A stretch of 64,000 nucleotides of DNA from an uncultured Thermoplasmatales archaeon (GTDB taxonomy: Archaea; Thermoplasmatota; E2; UBA202; DSCA01): assembly GCA_964606745.1 (NCBI GenBank), contig CAZSHJ010000001.1, forward strand, positions 18,091 through 82,090. Direction: 5' to 3'. Positions 59,918 to 64,000 of the stretch are shown here, piece by piece (within the stretch, counting starts at the first letter, position 1; every line of letters starts with the position of its first letter). The notes below the pieces were generated by a model, which saw only the letters and a program-made list of their open reading frames with translations, was not told the origin of the DNA and searched no databases. The position numbers and the translations under genes were made by a program.

Positions 59918-62900
59918 TTATTCGGATTTGATAAAAAACTGCTTCCACTTCCGGAATATGCCGAGTAGTCTATTTTTTCTTTTCAGGAAAAAAGCAGCCG
60001 TCATGCATACGGCAGCTATTAAACTCAGGTAAAATCCAAGACCAGGTCCCCAACTGCACGATATGCCAGCCTTTTCCTGGATTCCCGGTACAGATATATC
60101 CAAATTGCCGTTACCCGAAAAGCTACCCACCCCGATGTTGGTTACTTGAGACATTGTGTAGAAAAAGAGTAAGACCGTGATAAGTACCAGTACAATGCTT
60201 ACGACGGATAGGACGGATGAGATTTTTTCCGTCCTGTTTTTTATAGACATACTCAGGGCAATGCTTACACATGCTGCCATTAATAACACAACGAGTACAT
60301 CGAGCGCCATAGTAAACTCCGGCGGAACGAGGCTCACCTCTCCACCGATAACCGATTGTGATGTTGTCAGCGTAACTATCTTGGACGGTACCAGTAGTGT
60401 TTTTGTATTTGTTGATATCATCCCGTCATCCCCTCTTAAAGTCCACCAGGGCGAAACAATTGCCGTTATTATAAGGGCAAATGCAAGTAACTTCACGCCG
60501 ACATGGATATCCTTCTTCCACAAAACAAATAGAACAGAGAAAACAGCAATAGCGATACCCAGATATGTTACCATTATATGTAAAGAAGATTTTTGCGAAG
60601 TTACAACATCGAGCGACTTATCTCCTCTTATATCTATTTTTTGCATGGCTGTCTCCCTGCCATCCGTAAATATGTGCATTTCGTATTCCCCCGGCGGAAC
60701 GAAAACCGTTGCTTTCCCATTCCGTCCAATCTCTGTTGCAATATTTTCCCCTCCCCTTTCCAGAAATATTTTTCCTTCTTTAAGCTGCATTCCATGTGAA
60801 TTCATTACGTCGATATCTATGGCAAACTCCGCCGGGAACGTCAGCCCGAGCACCTTATCCCCGCTGAGAGAGATATCCTCCTCGATAACAAATGACTTGT
60901 AGCTCATCCTGAGGTCATAGTCTGCAGGATAGAGATTAATAAACATATACTTACCGTTTCCCTGTTTTTCTGCAGATATGGGAGTCGGTTTAACCATTTC
61001 ATCACTTGTAAGCATCGGGCTGATGTCAACGGCAGGGGGCATCCCCCAGGTATCCTTCACGTTCAGTTCAAGCTGGTACAAGGAAATGCCGAATGTCTTT
61101 TTCAGCGGCAATAAACGACGTGCCAGAGACAGACGAATTTCTTTTTCCTCGACCAGAAAGCCATGATATATGACCTTTAATACATATGAATGAGGGAGGG
61201 AGTAAGGAGCCTTCAGACGGGCACTTCCGTTTTTATCTGATAATGATTCTGCTATCGTCACATCGCCTTCAGTCAATGAAAATTTCACATTTTCAACTCC
61301 GTTTTCATTCTGGTCTGCAATAGATGTCTGCAGTTTTCCTTCAGGTCTGCAACATACATGAACAGAAGCATTTTCCTCCATTTCAATGATTTTAAAACCG
61401 ATGTATTGTCTCTCTTTTCCAAAGAGCGGGTTTTCTTTGTATACCTTTATCAAATATTTTCCTTCCTCCAGACCTGGAAAACAAATCTTTTTGAAGAGCG
61501 AAGCATTCCTCCAGTCAAAAAGCCCCAATGCAATCTTTACCTTTTCAACCAGGCTCGTGTCTTCAAAATCAAGCTCCATGCCTTCGGAGAGCGGGAGCCT
61601 TCCTATCGACCCGGATGACGAAAGACTGCCGGCTTTGTAAAGCTCTGCATATATGTATGAAATGTTTTTTCCTAAAACTGCAGAGAGTGTGGAACCGAGC
61701 GGAAGCGACGGAGCAAGATGTACGTAGGTGACGAGAGTATACCTGTCTTTTTCCTGCTCTTTGGACACGTTCCCCCTGTAAATCGGCCTACCTCCCACCG
61801 CCGCCGGGTATATTTCAGATTCCTTATCCACGGCTTCATACCCTTCGGTTTCAAATGTAATAAACTCCGCATTAAACGCCACGTTCATTCCCTTGGGCAG
61901 GGAAGTGTCATGTTTCCCGCTTTCATATGAATTTCTGGTTGCAAAGACATCGCCGCTATCTGCCTCGAGACCGGGAAGTTTTACGTGCTGTTTGGTGGAT
62001 GCCTTAACCTGCAGCCCGTCTTCTTCCCCTTCCAAAAATCCGGTGATTGACTCAAACACCAGACCGTGTGCCTTTCCGGTTGATGGGTCGTCCATACACA
62101 GCCATGCTCTGCTTCCAATATCGGCATCACTCGCTGTGGAAAGAACCCACTCCTCCTTTTCAGTGTTAGGGTCTGTTGGAATCAAATATTCTTTGATACT
62201 ATTGTCCTCGCCGTAGAAGTGGAGTGATGGGAGAATATTTCCGATATTCATCTTGTCAATAGTTGCGCTTCTGGCTTTGAATGTAGCCAGGGAAGCATAG
62301 GTAGGATCTCTTTGCTGGGCTCCTTTAATCTCTGTTGTTTCAAGTACTTCGTGGTAAACATTTACGTTCAAACGTTTGGCTAAGGTCGGGCAGTAATAAT
62401 AGGTGTAGATATTATCGGTTTTTATTATGCCTTCCGGAGAAACGCCCCCTATTCTCAGCCTGACCATAAGATTTCCGTCTACAAGTATTGACTTAGATAT
62501 ATCGGTAGCCATTGACGTTCCTGCACTTTCTTTTTCCCCGTCGATATTGTAGCTCATATAGAATGCAGCAATTTGATCTGAATTTACCGTTTCAAATTCC
62601 GTAGACTCCGGCTTGAGTTTTATGACGGAATTTGACATACCGTTTCCAAGCAATATTCCTTTCTGGCATACCCCGTAGACGATATACTCTCCCTGAATAA
62701 TCTTGTAGTAATCAAAATCAATTTTCTGTCCGGAGATGGGTTCATAGAAATAGTGGGTGTCTTCAATGGATAAATGGTCATCGTATTCCGGTGAATCGGT
62801 TTCAGAACCGTCATACAAAACATAATATGTTTCCTTTCCGTCAGCATCTTCGGGGATAAGAAAAACCAGACTGCATGCCGTAATATGAGAATTATCGCCG

Positions 62901-63211
62901 TGCTCCAGGTCGTAAATCTGGGATTCCAGTTCCGTCAAGCCAGACCCAGCATCATAACCTATGCGAATAGAATGTGCTGTTTCGTCCTCTGCCCAGCAGG
63001 GATGACCGAACTCCACGCGCATGTCAACCGGCTGGAATTTTGCTTCCTCCAGACCCGTACCTATCGGGACTGCCAATTCTTGCTTAAAAGCCAGGTCATC
63101 GATACTTTTTGTAACGGTTTCCCCTGAAGAAAATACATTGCTGCCAAAGGATGAAAAAAGTATGGATAAAGTGATCGTGTACAATAAAAGAGGTCTTATC
63201 GAAAGTGCCAT
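59918..63211 (-). CDS. Large secreted/membrane protein with carboxypeptidase-regulatory-like repeats and C-terminal TM bundle
   Basis: Signal peptide, beta-rich repeats (DQNENGVENV, SDKNGSA), about five C-terminal TMs. Confidence 0.8.
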   Translation of the reverse strand: MALSIRPLLLYTITLSILFSSFGSNVFSSGETVTKSIDDLAFKQELAVPIGTGLEEAKFQPVDMRVEFGHPCWAEDETAHSIRIGYDAGSGLTELESQIYDLEHGDNSHITACSLVFLIPEDADGKETYYVLYDGSETDSPEYDDHLSIEDTHYFYEPISGQKIDFDYYKIIQGEYIVYGVCQKGILLGNGMSNSVIKLKPESTEFETVNSDQIAAFYMSYNIDGEKESAGTSMATDISKSILVDGNLMVRLRIGGVSPEGIIKTDNIYTYYYCPTLAKRLNVNVYHEVLETTEIKGAQQRDPTYASLATFKARSATIDKMNIGNILPSLHFYGEDNSIKEYLIPTDPNTEKEEWVLSTASDADIGSRAWLCMDDPSTGKAHGLVFESITGFLEGEEDGLQVKASTKQHVKLPGLEADSGDVFATRNSYESGKHDTSLPKGMNVAFNAEFITFETEGYEAVDKESEIYPAAVGGRPIYRGNVSKEQEKDRYTLVTYVHLAPSLPLGSTLSAVLGKNISYIYAELYKAGSLSSSGSIGRLPLSEGMELDFEDTSLVEKVKIALGLFDWRNASLFKKICFPGLEEGKYLIKVYKENPLFGKERQYIGFKIIEMEENASVHVCCRPEGKLQTSIADQNENGVENVKFSLTEGDVTIAESLSDKNGSARLKAPYSLPHSYVLKVIYHGFLVEEKEIRLSLARRLLPLKKTFGISLYQLELNVKDTWGMPPAVDISPMLTSDEMVKPTPISAEKQGNGKYMFINLYPADYDLRMSYKSFVIEEDISLSGDKVLGLTFPAEFAIDIDVMNSHGMQLKEGKIFLERGGENIATEIGRNGKATVFVPPGEYEMHIFTDGRETAMQKIDIRGDKSLDVVTSQKSSLHIMVTYLGIAIAVFSVLFVLWKKDIHVGVKLLAFALIITAIVSPWWTLRGDDGMISTNTKTLLVPSKIVTLTTSQSVIGGEVSLVPPEFTMALDVLVVLLMAACVSIALSMSIKNRTEKISSVLSVVSIVLVLITVLLFFYTMSQVTNIGVGSFSGNGNLDISVPGIQEKAGISCSWGPGLGFYLSLIAAVCMTAAFFLKRKNRLLGIFRKWKQFFIKSE

Positions 63212-63301
63212 ACATGCAGGATAAGTTTTAGCACAATATAAACGTTTTTAAAATGCTTTCTAACGCCGGGCACTACCGTCAACAGTGCAATCTCAATCTG
63301 T

Positions 63302-64000
63302 TCATACAAACAGGAATACCAGAGGCACCAGCATAAATGCAACGCCCAGGATAGCTATTGCCAGCCCTACCTTCCCGAGTTTGTATTTTTCCGGCAAAAC
63401 CTTCTGGCTCAGGTAGATTATGCCTATGCCATAAATAATTACACCGATAACCCCTATGAACATAAGGGTCAGACTCAGCACCAATATGACCGACAGCCCC
63501 CAGCACATTAGTATGGCAAGCGGTATGCCGAGCGATAGTATATATATCATCAGGTAAAGCATGAATTTTTTGTATGGAAGGCGTTCCATATGCCGACTGA
63601 TTTTTTTCGCAGTTTCGTAGGACATCCTTGATGCAGCCTCAAAACCAGCGTAAACCGTACCGAACAGCGCAAAGATCACACTCACCTGAAACAGCGGTTT
63701 CAACCAGTCTGCCATGCGCGTGAATATTACCAGCTGCTCCTGGATTAATTTTGTATCTGATGGAAGGACATGACTATCTCCGAGCAAGTACTTGCCCGCA
63801 ATCAAATAGGATGCGGATACAAGCGACACAATCACAAATGCGATTGCCAGGTCTACAAGGATGGGCTTCAGCAGTATGTGTGATTTCTTTACTTCTGCGA
63901 CATCATCGGGCAGATACGTTATTTCCCCCTTTTCCCTGAACATGCGGAAAAGTTTTTGTGAAAAGCCGTCCGGATTTTCCCTGCCCCTGAAAATACCCCA
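63302..64000 (-). CDS. Nramp/APC-like transporter, 5' part outside window
   Basis: Multi-TM; frame open to window edge; FALFGTVYAGFEAASR. Confidence 0.65.
   Translation of the reverse strand, partial: WGIFRGRENPDGFSQKLFRMFREKGEITYLPDDVAEVKKSHILLKPILVDLAIAFVIVSLVSASYLIAGKYLLGDSHVLPSDTKLIQEQLVIFTRMADWLKPLFQVSVIFALFGTVYAGFEAASRMSYETAKKISRHMERLPYKKFMLYLMIYILSLGIPLAILMCWGLSVILVLSLTLMFIGVIGVIIYGIGIIYLSQKVLPEKYKLGKVGLAIAILGVAFMLVPLVFLFV

Overview
Archaeal chromosomal window, inferred to be Thermoplasmatota, probably Thermoprofundales/MBG-D-like. The basis is TiaS, Cbf5, TBP, PINA ATPase, archaeal-type tRNAs and PKD-tailed secreted C1A/C14/C25 peptidases. It is mostly housekeeping genes with several accessory patches. 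(1) 809-5168: two different IS6-family, SWIM-finger transposons with passenger genes are stacked head-to-tail. The same 8 bp (AGAATTTT) separates and follows them, just upstream of a BRE/TATA-like motif; an attC-like hairpin lies just left of them. (2) A bacterial-type glutaminyl-tRNA synthetase lies close to a tRNA-Gln(CUG) with G73. (3) A 4.1-kb element bounded by 22-bp repeats of the tRNA-Val 5' end carries a truncated integrase, a divergent TBP and an isoprenoid-synthase-like gene. (4) tRNA-His and tRNA-Ile2 each have a 47-nt intron in the T-loop (59/60). (5) Secreted proteins share a C-terminal tail that also occurs as a stand-alone 35-codon ORF and is linked to a duplicated Zn-finger microprotein; one locus contains a DUF5678/aspartic-protease cassette between 22-bp repeats. 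(6) A RadA-like HhH domain is fused to an MCM-type ATPase. All calls come from reading motifs by eye; no searches were run.
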